Of a stretch of DNA of 54,169 nt, positions 42,287 to 51,258 are shown piece by piece. A program made the position numbers and the translations under genes. Below the pieces are notes generated by a model. That model had not been told where the DNA came from, made no database searches, and saw nothing but the letters and a program-made list of their open reading frames with translations. Origin of the DNA: a virus (Duplodnaviria; Caudoviricetes). The stretch is from positions 1-54,169 of IMG/VR virus record IMGVR_UViG_3300048839_000345. One strand, 5' to 3'. The stretch's first letter is position 1, and each line of letters starts with the position of its first letter.

Positions 42287-42685
42287 ATGAATACGACCCA
42301 AGACCTGCCTCACTTCCGTAACTGGTCGCCAGAGCAGGTGCGCCTCGTCCGCGATATGTGGGCAGACGGCGAGACCTCATCCGACATCGCCCAACACCTG
42401 CGCGGCAAGTCCCGCTCGGCCGTGATCGGCATCATCAACCGCGCCGGGTTCAAGCGCCGGGCTGGGGTTCCAAACCGGACCCAGCCTCGCGGACCTAAGC
42501 TGCATGTGGTCAGCCGGGGGCCGGGTTCGCGGGGTGGACCCAAGCCGAGCCGGAAGCCCGAGTCCGTCCGCAAGATGATTGCCACGAAGTGGGCGCTCAG
42601 TGGTGACTCCGCGCCCATCACGCTGGCCGGCCCGGTGTGGAGCCTGCCGGCGAATGCGCGGCCTGCCGAGCGGAGGGCTGCCTGA
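42287..42685 (+). CDS. GcrA N-terminal HTH domain protein
   Basis: WSPEQVRLVRDMWADGETSSDIAQHLRGKSRSAVIGIINR. Confidence 0.82.
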   Translation: MNTTQDLPHFRNWSPEQVRLVRDMWADGETSSDIAQHLRGKSRSAVIGIINRAGFKRRAGVPNRTQPRGPKLHVVSRGPGSRGGPKPSRKPESVRKMIATKWALSGDSAPITLAGPVWSLPANARPAERRAA

Positions 42686-43062
42686 TGCCCGCCCCCCACC
42701 GCAACTACCTCGCCGACGCCGCGCGCCTTGCCCGGCTCAAGGCGCACCTGCAGGTCGGCGGCTCGCGGTACAGCTTCGCCAAGGCCGAGGGCATCTCGCG
42801 CCAGGCCCTGCAGGACTGGCTCGCTCGTCGCCCGGACTATGAGCGCCAGCTGGCAGGGTATGACCGGGGGCACAAGTCGGCGCCTGTTGTGGGCGCCCGG
42901 TTCTGGGCAAGGGTGGAGGCCGTCCGGCGCCGCAAGGACGAGGGCCTGCAATGGGACCGCGCCGCCTACCCCCTCGGAATTACCGAGAAGGCGCTGAAGC
43001 AGTGGTACTACCTGCACCGGGAGACGGTGGACGGGCTGATCGCTGAGCGGAGGGCGGCGTGA
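42685..43062 (+). CDS. Hypothetical tandem-HTH protein
   Basis: FAKAEGISRQALQDWL and AAYPLGITEKALKQWY; TGATG-coupled. Confidence 0.65.
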   Translation: MPAPHRNYLADAARLARLKAHLQVGGSRYSFAKAEGISRQALQDWLARRPDYERQLAGYDRGHKSAPVVGARFWARVEAVRRRKDEGLQWDRAAYPLGITEKALKQWYYLHRETVDGLIAERRAA

Positions 43063-43241
43063 TGCTGGAGACCTGCCGGCGGGGCAAACACGTCAACCGG
43101 ATGGTGATGCGGGTCAATCGCGACACGACCGGGCACAAGCATCACGAAGAGTGGCACATCTGCCGCTTCTGCAAGCACGAGCGGCGACATCGCGTCGTGC
43201 GGATCGTCTCCGAGGCGGATGCGATCAGGGGGAGGCGGTGA
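43059..43241 (+). CDS. Small Cys/His protein
   Basis: CRRGKH...CRFC, coupled. Confidence 0.5.
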   Translation: MMLETCRRGKHVNRMVMRVNRDTTGHKHHEEWHICRFCKHERRHRVVRIVSEADAIRGRR

Positions 43242-43242
43242 G

Positions 43243-43431
43243 ATGAACCGCGGCGAACCCCTGACCTGGGGCATCACGATCGAGACGACCGGCGCCCAGT
43301 GGACCGTGCAGCTTGCCGGATCGCAGGCCCCCGACTGGTTCTTCGACACATGGGACGAGCTGACCGAGTGGCTGGAGGACCAGCACGAGGGGTGGATGAT
43401 TTCACGGATGGGAGGGCAGTCCAATGGCTGA
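43243..43431 (+). CDS. Hypothetical protein
   Basis: SD GGAGG, acidic Trp-rich 62 aa. Confidence 0.55.
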   Translation: MNRGEPLTWGITIETTGAQWTVQLAGSQAPDWFFDTWDELTEWLEDQHEGWMISRMGGQSNG

Positions 43432-43828
43432 CACCGACACAGACGACCAGACGCACGCCGACACCACTCAGGCCCTCATCGACGCGCAGCAGGAAGCACG
43501 CGCCGCGCTCAAGGCTGAGGATCACCGCGCCGACCTGCGCAAGCTGGCTGATCTGACCAATGAGATGCTGGCGATGAAGGCCACCTATGACGAGGTCCAG
43601 GCCCGCATTGACGCCCGGGAGAAGGTCTACTCCGACCGCGAGGAGGCGCTCAGCGCGCACCTTGCCTCAAAACGGGGCCAGAATGGCGGCCTGAGGCCCA
43701 TCGGCGAGGTGGCCGCTGGGGTGGTAGCGGAAGCGCAAGAAGCCGCTCCACGGCGCTCTGAGCGCGTTTTTGAGGGGCATGCCGCGAATTGTGCGGTTGG
43801 ATTTGGGGAGGCGTGTGATTGCCAATGA
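43424..43828 (+). CDS. Hypothetical coiled-coil protein
   Basis: 134 aa, SD GGAGG, C-terminal H..C...CDC. Confidence 0.65.
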   Translation: MADTDTDDQTHADTTQALIDAQQEARAALKAEDHRADLRKLADLTNEMLAMKATYDEVQARIDAREKVYSDREEALSAHLASKRGQNGGLRPIGEVAAGVVAEAQEAAPRRSERVFEGHAANCAVGFGEACDCQ

Positions 43829-44505
43829 GGCCAGCAAGCTACTCCCGCCCCATCAAAGCCGCCCCCGCCGGCCTCGCCACGGTCATCGAGATCGCCATCC
43901 AGTATGGCCTGTCTGCCGAAGCGCTACGCGGGCGGTCACGCGACCGCCGCGTCTGCAAGGCGCGTGTTGAGGCGATGATTGTCCTGCAGGAACAAGGCAA
44001 AAGCCTGGAATGGATTGGGGCATTTTTCGGAGGCCGCGACCGATCGACTGTGCAACGCCTTATTTCTTATGAGAAAAATAAGCAAAAAAATGTTGCATTA
44101 TATATACAACATCCCGAACTGGTCCACGAAGTCGAGGCCCAGATGCGCCGCATCACGGGCATGAACCTTGCCCACCAGGTCGCGCATAAACTCTCCATCC
44201 CCACATGGCAGGCTATATTCCTCGGTATCTTGATGGAGGCTTATCCGCTCGTGAAGACGTCCGAACAACTGCTTGAAGCCTATGAAGCAGCGCGCGAGCG
44301 TCTGTACCAGGACGACCCCGGACAGGTGCAGGACACGCAGATCCGTTCTTTCAGCCACCACATCCGCAAGGCGTTCGGCGCGATGGGCCTGCCTGATCCC
44401 GTCGCCGCTGTCCGGCCGCGCGGCATGGTGCTGACCTATGAGGCGGCTCTATGGCTGCACAATCAATTCGGCAAGCCGCTGATTTTGACGCAGGTGGCGT
44501 CATGA
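43825..44505 (+). CDS. DnaA domain IV-like HTH fused to OmpR/CtrA-like winged helix
   Basis: LRGRSRDRRVCKARVEAM...IGAFFGGRDRSTV; C-terminal IRSFSHHIRKAF...VRPRGMVL. Confidence 0.75.
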   Translation: MRPASYSRPIKAAPAGLATVIEIAIQYGLSAEALRGRSRDRRVCKARVEAMIVLQEQGKSLEWIGAFFGGRDRSTVQRLISYEKNKQKNVALYIQHPELVHEVEAQMRRITGMNLAHQVAHKLSIPTWQAIFLGILMEAYPLVKTSEQLLEAYEAARERLYQDDPGQVQDTQIRSFSHHIRKAFGAMGLPDPVAAVRPRGMVLTYEAALWLHNQFGKPLILTQVAS

Positions 44506-44894
44506 CCCCCCGCATCATCCCTGTATCGCCAAAGACCAAGCGCGAACTGCCGCTGATCATTCAGCGCCACGTTCATCGCGCCGGCCCGCCTCATGGCTAT
44601 GCGGGCAAGACCGCGAACGCTTACGACGCTTTTGTCACCGGCTTTGCGCGAGACATGGCGTCTGCCTCCGTGCTGCCCGTCACTGAGGTCCGCATGGAGG
44701 AGATGGAATACCAGCACTCCATCATGGATGCCGGCACGCCCATATTTCCGAACGGCTATCCCGTGATTGGCATTTACCTCAACGGCCTTCTGGCCGGCAT
44801 TACCGGCATTTCGTTTGAGGGCTCGCGCTGCACGTTCCGTCAGGCTGAGACCAGGACGGCGATGTTTATATTGGATCGGGGAGGCAAAACGTGA
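44502..44894 (+). CDS. Hypothetical protein
   Basis: ATGA/GTGA-coupled at both ends. Confidence 0.6.
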   Translation: MTPRIIPVSPKTKRELPLIIQRHVHRAGPPHGYAGKTANAYDAFVTGFARDMASASVLPVTEVRMEEMEYQHSIMDAGTPIFPNGYPVIGIYLNGLLAGITGISFEGSRCTFRQAETRTAMFILDRGGKT

Positions 44895-45295
44895 CCGATC
44901 TGACCGACAAGCAGTTAAGGTTTGTTCTGGAGTACATGATCGATAACAACGGGACGCAGGCGGCGATCCGGGCTGGCTACAGCCCCAACACCGCTGAAAG
45001 TCAGGCATGCCGCTTGTTAAGAAATGCAAAGGTTCGTGCCGAAGTCGAAAAACGCAAGCAACGCGTGGCTGAGAGCTTGGAGATTGACCTGAAATGGCTG
45101 ATCCGGGAAGCAGCAGAAGTTTATAAGGCAGCCAAGGATGACGCCGCCTACGGTCCCGCGTTTGTTGGCATCAAAGAGCTTAGCATCCTGACCGGCAATC
45201 GTATCGAGAAGCAGGAAACGACTGTCATATCGCACGAGGACCGTCTGGCCAGCGTCAGGGAGCGTGTGAATGAGCGCCGCCCAACAACTCACTGA
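44891..45295 (+). CDS. terS: Terminase small subunit
   Basis: LTDKQLRFVLEY...NGTQAAIRAGYS. Confidence 0.92.
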   Translation: MTDLTDKQLRFVLEYMIDNNGTQAAIRAGYSPNTAESQACRLLRNAKVRAEVEKRKQRVAESLEIDLKWLIREAAEVYKAAKDDAAYGPAFVGIKELSILTGNRIEKQETTVISHEDRLASVRERVNERRPTTH

Positions 45296-46892
45296 CGAGG
45301 AATACGAGCGCATCCTCATGGATGACGAATTGTATTTTGAGTGCTGCCTGCAGATCCGTACCAAGAGCGATGGCTTGCAGGCTCTCTTGCTGAACTCGTC
45401 GCAGCGCTATGCACATGAGCGCATCAACGACCAGCTGCGCGAGACAGGCAAGGTGCGCGTGCTGATCCTCAAGGGGCGCCAGCAAGGCATATCCACTTAT
45501 GTCGGCGGCCGGTTTTACAAGAAGGTCTCGACGTCTACCGGCGTCCTGGCCTTTATCGTGACGCACGAGGACGCGGCGACGCAGAACCTTTTCGGCATGA
45601 CGAAGCGGTATCACGACAACAACTTGCCCGACTTCAAGCCCGAGACCGGCGTGGCCAATGCCAACGAACTCAAGTTCTCCAGGCTCGATAGCGGTTATAA
45701 GATTGCCACCGCCGGCGCGCGATCGGCTGGCCGCTCCAATACGATCCAGTTCCTGCATGCGTCGGAGTTCGACTTTTGGCCCGACGCCAGCGCCTCCGAA
45801 GTATGGAAGGGCCTGGCCGAAGCTGTGCCTGACGAGGATGGCACTGAGATCATCATCGAAAGCACGGCGGACAAGCCGGGCGGCCGGTTTCACCGCGCCT
45901 GGATGGCTGCAAAGAAGGGCGAGTCGGGCTACATGGCCCTGTTCATCCCGTGGTTCCTGCACGAGGAATACTGCAAGGAACCCCCTGATGGCTGGCATCC
46001 TCCGCAGGCGTTTGGGGAATACATGGTCCTGCACGGCTTGCGCATCGACCAGCTTTATTGGGCGTGGGACAAAAACCGGGCGATGGCGATGCTTGACGGC
46101 CTCGGCTCTGACGAGTTCTGCGTAGGGTTCAAGCGCGAGTATCCCGCAACGGACGAGGAAGCCTTCGAGGAGGCCGGTGACGAACTGAGCCGCGCCATCC
46201 CGATGGCCTGGATCAAGGCAGCGCAGGCCAGATGGATCGCCAACCGCAATCGACCCAAAGGCCCTATGACCGGGTTGGGCGTAGACGTGGCGCAAGGCGG
46301 GCCAGACAACACGGTCGTGACGCCCGTTTATGGGGTGCGGGTCGAGGAGCAGACCAAGCTGCCAGGCCACGCTACGACTGATGGTCCGGCAGTAGCTGGC
46401 ATGGTGGTTGCTCTGGTCCGTGACGGCGCGACAATCGGCATCGACATGGGCGGCGGCTGGGGCGGTGATGCGCACACGCACCTGAAGAAGCATCTCGACA
46501 TGCCGGTGATCGGCGTGAACCCATCGTCAGCTGCAACAGCCCGCGCCAAGCATGGCAATTACCAGTTTATCAACATGCGCGCCTACATGCATTGGATGTT
46601 GCGCGAGAGCCTGAACCCGATCACGGGCGACAATGTCGAATTGCCGCCCGATGAGGAGCTGGCGCAAGACCTAGCCGCGCCGACCTATGAGATCACGCGC
46701 ACTGGCATCAAGATCGAGAGCAAGGACGAGATCAAGAAGCGACTGGGGCGCTCGCCTGACAAGGGTGATAGCTGCCTCTTGGGATGGTACGCGTCTCTGC
46801 CCGGCAACCGCTCACTGGCTAAGGCGGCGCAGATACGGGGCAATCAACCGTCAGTCATCCCCCACCGCAGTAGGATCATCGGCAGAAAGTAA
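45270..46892 (+). CDS. terL: Terminase large subunit
   Basis: LILKGRQQGIST, LHASE, IIESTA, GVDVAQGGPD, RSPDKGDS. Confidence 0.93.
   Translation: MSAAQQLTDEEYERILMDDELYFECCLQIRTKSDGLQALLLNSSQRYAHERINDQLRETGKVRVLILKGRQQGISTYVGGRFYKKVSTSTGVLAFIVTHEDAATQNLFGMTKRYHDNNLPDFKPETGVANANELKFSRLDSGYKIATAGARSAGRSNTIQFLHASEFDFWPDASASEVWKGLAEAVPDEDGTEIIIESTADKPGGRFHRAWMAAKKGESGYMALFIPWFLHEEYCKEPPDGWHPPQAFGEYMVLHGLRIDQLYWAWDKNRAMAMLDGLGSDEFCVGFKREYPATDEEAFEEAGDELSRAIPMAWIKAAQARWIANRNRPKGPMTGLGVDVAQGGPDNTVVTPVYGVRVEEQTKLPGHATTDGPAVAGMVVALVRDGATIGIDMGGGWGGDAHTHLKKHLDMPVIGVNPSSAATARAKHGNYQFINMRAYMHWMLRESLNPITGDNVELPPDEELAQDLAAPTYEITRTGIKIESKDEIKKRLGRSPDKGDSCLLGWYASLPGNRSLAKAAQIRGNQPSVIPHRSRIIGRK
46847..46876 (+). 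promoter_or_regulatory. Putative late promoter motif
   Basis: ACCGT-CAG-TCATC-N11-TAGGAT upstream of portal operon. Confidence 0.5.
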
Positions 46893-46902
46893 GGGGTGAC
46901 CC

Positions 46903-47118
46903 ATGCGTATGCCGAAAATGCCACCGCCTCCACCGCCGCCTGCGGCGCCAAAGGCGATTCCCACTGCCCAGGATCCCAACGTCCAGCAGGCCGCGATCGA
47001 GGACGCGCGCAAGTCGCGGTCCAAGGCCGGGCGCATGTCAACACTCTTGTCTGGCCCGCTCGGTGACAACATGTATACCGCGCCACCGACCAAGAGCGGC
47101 GGGACGCTGCTCGGCTGA
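46903..47118 (+). CDS. Small Pro-rich virion protein upstream of portal
   Basis: 71 aa, poly-Pro, GRMSTLLSG...TLLG; usual pre-portal position in this phage type. Confidence 0.7.
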   Translation: MRMPKMPPPPPPPAAPKAIPTAQDPNVQQAAIEDARKSRSKAGRMSTLLSGPLGDNMYTAPPTKSGGTLLG

Positions 47119-48860
47119 TGGCTTACGAGGGCATCGACACACCGCCGAAGACCGACGCCCTGCATTCGCGTGCGGAGAAGGCGCTCAAGCTGGCGCAGGC
47201 CGCGTTCAAGAACAAGGCGCTCTACGACCTGCTCTGGCAGAAGCAGGCCGAGATCTTCTATCCCGAGCGAGCTGACTTCACGCGCACCTATTCGGCGGGC
47301 GATGAGCGGTATGACGGGATCATCTCGACCGAGCCGATGCTGATGCGGCGCGACCTGGCGCAGAATCTCGGCGCCATGCTGCGCCCGCGCGGCCGCGACT
47401 GGTTCCGCGCCGCGGCCCGGCCCGAGCCTGATGATGACGAGGCCAAGCGCTGGCTGGAGCAGGCGAGCAAGACCCAGCGCAATATCGTCTACGCGCCCAA
47501 GGCCAATTTCACCAAGGCGATGGCCGAGTCCGATCATGACTATGTGACTTTCGGCAATGCCGTGATCGCGCACCCCTACAACATCGACCAGTCCGGCATC
47601 CTGTTCTCGTGCCTGCACCTGAAGGACGTGGCGTGGACCAAGAACGCGGAAGGCGTGGTCGATCACCTGTACCAGAAGATGCACCTCACGCTGCGCCAAA
47701 TCGTGCAGCTGTTCGGCAAGTCACGCATGCCGCTGGAGTGGCAGCGCGAGTATGACCAGGGGCACATCGAGCAGCGCAAGTGTGTGTATCGCTGCGTCAC
47801 GCCGATCGACAAGGAAGGCTATGACAAGACCGAGTCCCGGCTGAAGGGCGCCCGGTTCCAAGCGGTCTATTGCGCTGAGGGCGTCAAGGAATGCGGGCTG
47901 GCATCAGGTGAGTTTCTGACCTTCCCATTCACCGTGCGCGTCTGGATGGATGTGTCGGGCGAGGACTATGGCCGCTCGCCTTGCACTAGTGTTGCGCTGG
48001 CTGATGGCCGCATGCTGAACGTCGCCGAAGAGGCGCTGCTCACCGGCATCGAGACCAAGGTGCGTCCGCCACGCATCGTGCAGAAGGGGCTGATCTCTGG
48101 CCCGCTGTCGCTGGGCGCCGACACGATCACCTATGTCGATGGCGACTATGACAAGCGCATGCACGGCGACCCGGTCATCCCGATCGAGAGCGGTGATCCG
48201 CGTTATGGCATGGAGTTCATCCAGCGCCAGACTGAGCGCCTAGGCCGAGAGTTCTTCGTCAACCTGCTGCGCCGCTTGCCTGAAAAGCAGATGACAGCAT
48301 ATGAAGCGGCTGAGTGGGTCGAGCAGTATGTGATCCAGGCTGCGCCCATCTTCGAGCCGATGGAAGCCGAGAACGCACTCCTCATGGACAGCGTGTTCCA
48401 GCGCGCCATGGCGAAAGGCGCGTTTGGCCGCGTGCTTGAGGACGGATCGATCGAGGGCCTGCCTGAGGCGCTGAGTGAGGCCGACATTGAGTTTGAGTTC
48501 GAGACGCCGCTGAGCGACGCGCTCCGCAAGCTGAAGGTCGCGCAGTTCCGGCAGCTGCTTGAGGGCGCAAGCGGCTTGCTCGCCACGCAGCACCCGTCAG
48601 CGATTGCAGCGGTGGACAATATCGACTTTGACACTGCGTTCCGTGACGCGATGGAGGGCATTGCGCCGGCCAAGTGGCAGAAGAAGCGCGAGGATGTGCA
48701 GGCGTCGCGGGAGCAGCAGGCTGAGGAAGCCAACGCTGCGAAGATGGAAACGATGGCAATGGAGGCTGGCCAAGCTGCGCTCAAGGCCCGGCCTGAGAAC
48801 CTGCGGGCTGTGGGTGATGCGCTCGGCGGCATGATGGATCCGGCGATGGGGCCTGTTTGA
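47118..48860 (+). CDS. Portal / head-tail connector
   Basis: 580 aa; GEDYGRSP, MTAYE, EFETPL motifs; follows terminase. Confidence 0.92.
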   Translation: MAYEGIDTPPKTDALHSRAEKALKLAQAAFKNKALYDLLWQKQAEIFYPERADFTRTYSAGDERYDGIISTEPMLMRRDLAQNLGAMLRPRGRDWFRAAARPEPDDDEAKRWLEQASKTQRNIVYAPKANFTKAMAESDHDYVTFGNAVIAHPYNIDQSGILFSCLHLKDVAWTKNAEGVVDHLYQKMHLTLRQIVQLFGKSRMPLEWQREYDQGHIEQRKCVYRCVTPIDKEGYDKTESRLKGARFQAVYCAEGVKECGLASGEFLTFPFTVRVWMDVSGEDYGRSPCTSVALADGRMLNVAEEALLTGIETKVRPPRIVQKGLISGPLSLGADTITYVDGDYDKRMHGDPVIPIESGDPRYGMEFIQRQTERLGREFFVNLLRRLPEKQMTAYEAAEWVEQYVIQAAPIFEPMEAENALLMDSVFQRAMAKGAFGRVLEDGSIEGLPEALSEADIEFEFETPLSDALRKLKVAQFRQLLEGASGLLATQHPSAIAAVDNIDFDTAFRDAMEGIAPAKWQKKREDVQASREQQAEEANAAKMETMAMEAGQAALKARPENLRAVGDALGGMMDPAMGPV

Positions 48861-49165
48861 TGATGCAGGCTGTCCGCATAGACGAGATGCCGAAGCTGGA
48901 GCCGGACCACGTCCTGGCGATGCGGGCTGTTGTGCGCGGCCACGCCACGGCGGCCCAGCAGAAGACGGCCGTGTGGATCATCCTCAACCACCTGTGCGGC
49001 ATGACGGCGTTTCCGACAGCGGGCTGGTCCGAGCGCGAGGGCGGCTTCCGGGATGGCAAGCAATGGGTGGCGCTGGCGATCAGCTATCTGGCGGGCATCA
49101 GCATCTATGAGGTGAACGAGGGGTCCACTGAGGCCGGTGTATCAGGGGATAAGCCAGAGGGCTGA
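48860..49165 (+). CDS. Bbp19-like post-portal protein
   Basis: GHATAAQQK...GFRDGKQWV; position after portal. Confidence 0.6.
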   Translation: MMQAVRIDEMPKLEPDHVLAMRAVVRGHATAAQQKTAVWIILNHLCGMTAFPTAGWSEREGGFRDGKQWVALAISYLAGISIYEVNEGSTEAGVSGDKPEG

Positions 49166-49186
49166 CAGTCTTAGGAGGGCTGAACC

Positions 49187-49381
49187 GTGAAAGACAAGAT
49201 CGACCTGACCACCATCGGCAACGTGCTCGCTGGCCTCGCGCTGGCATTTCTTATCGACAACATCGCTCTCGACGGCGCTGTGACCAAAACGCTCCCAGAG
49301 GGCCTGGTTGCATTTGTTGGCTTTGTGATTTTCACAGGCGCGGCTGTCTACGGCTACAAGCAAGCCAAGAAGGCAAACTGA
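49187..49381 (+). CDS. Small two-TM membrane protein
   Basis: 64 aa, SD AGGAGG, two hydrophobic helices, basic C-terminus. Confidence 0.65.
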   Translation: MKDKIDLTTIGNVLAGLALAFLIDNIALDGAVTKTLPEGLVAFVGFVIFTGAAVYGYKQAKKAN

Positions 49382-49384
49382 GCT

Positions 49385-49645
49385 ATGGCGGACACATCTC
49401 TCAGCCAGCCCTACGGTGTGTCCGCACGTTATGCTGCGGTCATCACGCCAGCCAATGACACCGACCTCGCCAACGTGACCCGTGCGGTTTATGTCGGCAC
49501 GGGTGGCGACCTTGAAGTCGTGATGGCCGGCGGCGGCAATACAGTCGTCATTCCCGGCGTGCCGTCCGGCGCGCTCCTGCCGATCAGCGTGTCCCGCATC
49601 AGGGCAGCGAGCACCACGGCGGAAGGGATCGTGGCGTTCTGGTGA
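49385..49645 (+). CDS. Head spike base protein (RcGTA Rcc01079-like)
   Basis: ITPANDTDL...TRAVYVGTGGDL...LLPISVSRIRAASTTA. Confidence 0.8.
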   Translation: MADTSLSQPYGVSARYAAVITPANDTDLANVTRAVYVGTGGDLEVVMAGGGNTVVIPGVPSGALLPISVSRIRAASTTAEGIVAFW

Positions 49646-51258
49646 TTGGGATCGGCATCAATTTCTGGAACGCGGCAGTCACCGGCTCCGGTGGCGGCTT
49701 GCCTCCTATCCCGACCGAAACTTTTGATTCGCTAATCGCCTCCCTGCTCAGCGCAGGCGAGACGGTGGCGTTCTATGATCCTAACGACCTGACGTCGATC
49801 TACGCAGCCCGGACGGGCGGGGCGAATGCGGTGGCCGATGGGCCTGTCGGCCTGATGCTCGACAAGGCGCAGATGGGCGGGCTGACGGCGGCGGAGTATC
49901 TGGCCGCGCTGGATACGCCGGAGCTTGTGACGAATGGCACGTTTGATACGGATAGTGATTGGACGCTTGGTACAGGCTGGTCTATTGCGGACGGAGTTTT
50001 GTCTTATGACGGAACCGATGCGCCAAATATAGCTTATCAATCCTCAGCACAGCTAATCAGCCCAAAATTTTATAGAGTTGATTTTGTGTTGACGTTATCT
50101 CAAGGCGCATTGCTTGCTCGACCGCAATTTAATACAACCGCAGGACAACTCCAAATTACCGCAAGCGGGTCGTACTCTATTATTTTGCAGGGGGCGACCG
50201 CTGCTGGGTTCGGATTTGTGGCGGCTCTTTTTGGCGGCGGTCGGTTTATCGGCACCATCGACAACCTCTCCATCCAAGAAATCCCCGGCTATCACGCCAC
50301 CGCCCCATCTGACGCGGCCCGTCCGATCCTGCGGGATGTCAGCAGCACCTACGCGCTCGATTTCGACAACGTGGATGACGCGTTCGCATGGACCGCACCG
50401 GCCATCACAGACGGCACATGGGTAGCGCTGACGAGGAACGGCTCCTACGCAGCGTCAGCGGCCTATTCCGCTGGCACGTACACGATGCCGATCTATCAGC
50501 CTTTCGACCTGTGCGCGATCCTCTGGACATCAGCCGACCTGACTACGGTGCAAGAGGCGATTGTGCTGGCCGAGGGATCGGCACGCGGCGCTGCGGCTGA
50601 CTTTGGGGGGGTGACTGATTTTGCGCGCGGGTGGCGTGCGCGGACGGATTTGCGCGACTTTCCGGTAATTGATGCGAGTAGCGGGACAAATTTCCGCGAC
50701 GCATGGTTTGGGTGCACAGGTCTGACTAGCTTTCCTTTGCTTGACGTCAGTAGTGGGACAAATTTCTTTGCTGCATGGCAAATCTGCGCAGGTCTGACTA
50801 GCTTTCCTTTGCTTGACGTCAGTAGTGGGACAAGTTTCAACGGCGCTTGGCGAAGTTGCTCCAGCCTGACTAGCTTCCCTGCGCTAGACATCAGCAGCGG
50901 AACAGATTTTCGTTTCGCGTGGTTTGCTTGTACTAGTCTAACCACATTTCCCGCAAACATGTTCGACACGTGCTCGGCGACACTTTTCGCCAACGCCTTT
51001 GCCTCCACCAACCTCTCGCAAACCAGCATCGACAACATCCTCGTGTCCATCAACACCGCTGGCACAAGCGGCGGCACGTTCAACCAGTCCGGCGGCTCTG
51101 CGCCATCTGCTACGGGCGAGGCGGCGATTGATGACCTTGTGTCGCGTGGGTGGACCGTGACGGTAACCGGCGGCTATGTGGCGCGTACGATCCTTACACG
51201 TAGCGGTCAGGCAGTGTTCGACCGCTCCGGCAGCTATATCAAAGAAAGGGCCGTCTGA
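49642..51258 (+). CDS. Putative head spike/fiber with BspA-like 24-aa repeats
   Basis: MIGIGI start coupled to spike base; FYDPNDL, ELVTNGTFD; FPLLDVSSGTNFxxAWxxCxxLTS repeats. Confidence 0.72.
   Translation: MIGIGINFWNAAVTGSGGGLPPIPTETFDSLIASLLSAGETVAFYDPNDLTSIYAARTGGANAVADGPVGLMLDKAQMGGLTAAEYLAALDTPELVTNGTFDTDSDWTLGTGWSIADGVLSYDGTDAPNIAYQSSAQLISPKFYRVDFVLTLSQGALLARPQFNTTAGQLQITASGSYSIILQGATAAGFGFVAALFGGGRFIGTIDNLSIQEIPGYHATAPSDAARPILRDVSSTYALDFDNVDDAFAWTAPAITDGTWVALTRNGSYAASAAYSAGTYTMPIYQPFDLCAILWTSADLTTVQEAIVLAEGSARGAAADFGGVTDFARGWRARTDLRDFPVIDASSGTNFRDAWFGCTGLTSFPLLDVSSGTNFFAAWQICAGLTSFPLLDVSSGTSFNGAWRSCSSLTSFPALDISSGTDFRFAWFACTSLTTFPANMFDTCSATLFANAFASTNLSQTSIDNILVSINTAGTSGGTFNQSGGSAPSATGEAAIDDLVSRGWTVTVTGGYVARTILTRSGQAVFDRSGSYIKERAV
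50600..50960 (+). repeat. 72-bp coding repeats (about five LRR-like units)
   Basis: CAGGTCTGACTAGCTTTCCTTTGCTTGACGTCAGTAGTGGGACAA at 50717 and 50789. Confidence 0.85.

Noticed and set aside
42670-43062. Many proteins ending in Ala-Ala as ClpXP degrons
   Set aside because: Largely explained by SD-like GGAGGC/GAAGC sequences overlapping the coupled next start; cannot be distinguished from sequence alone
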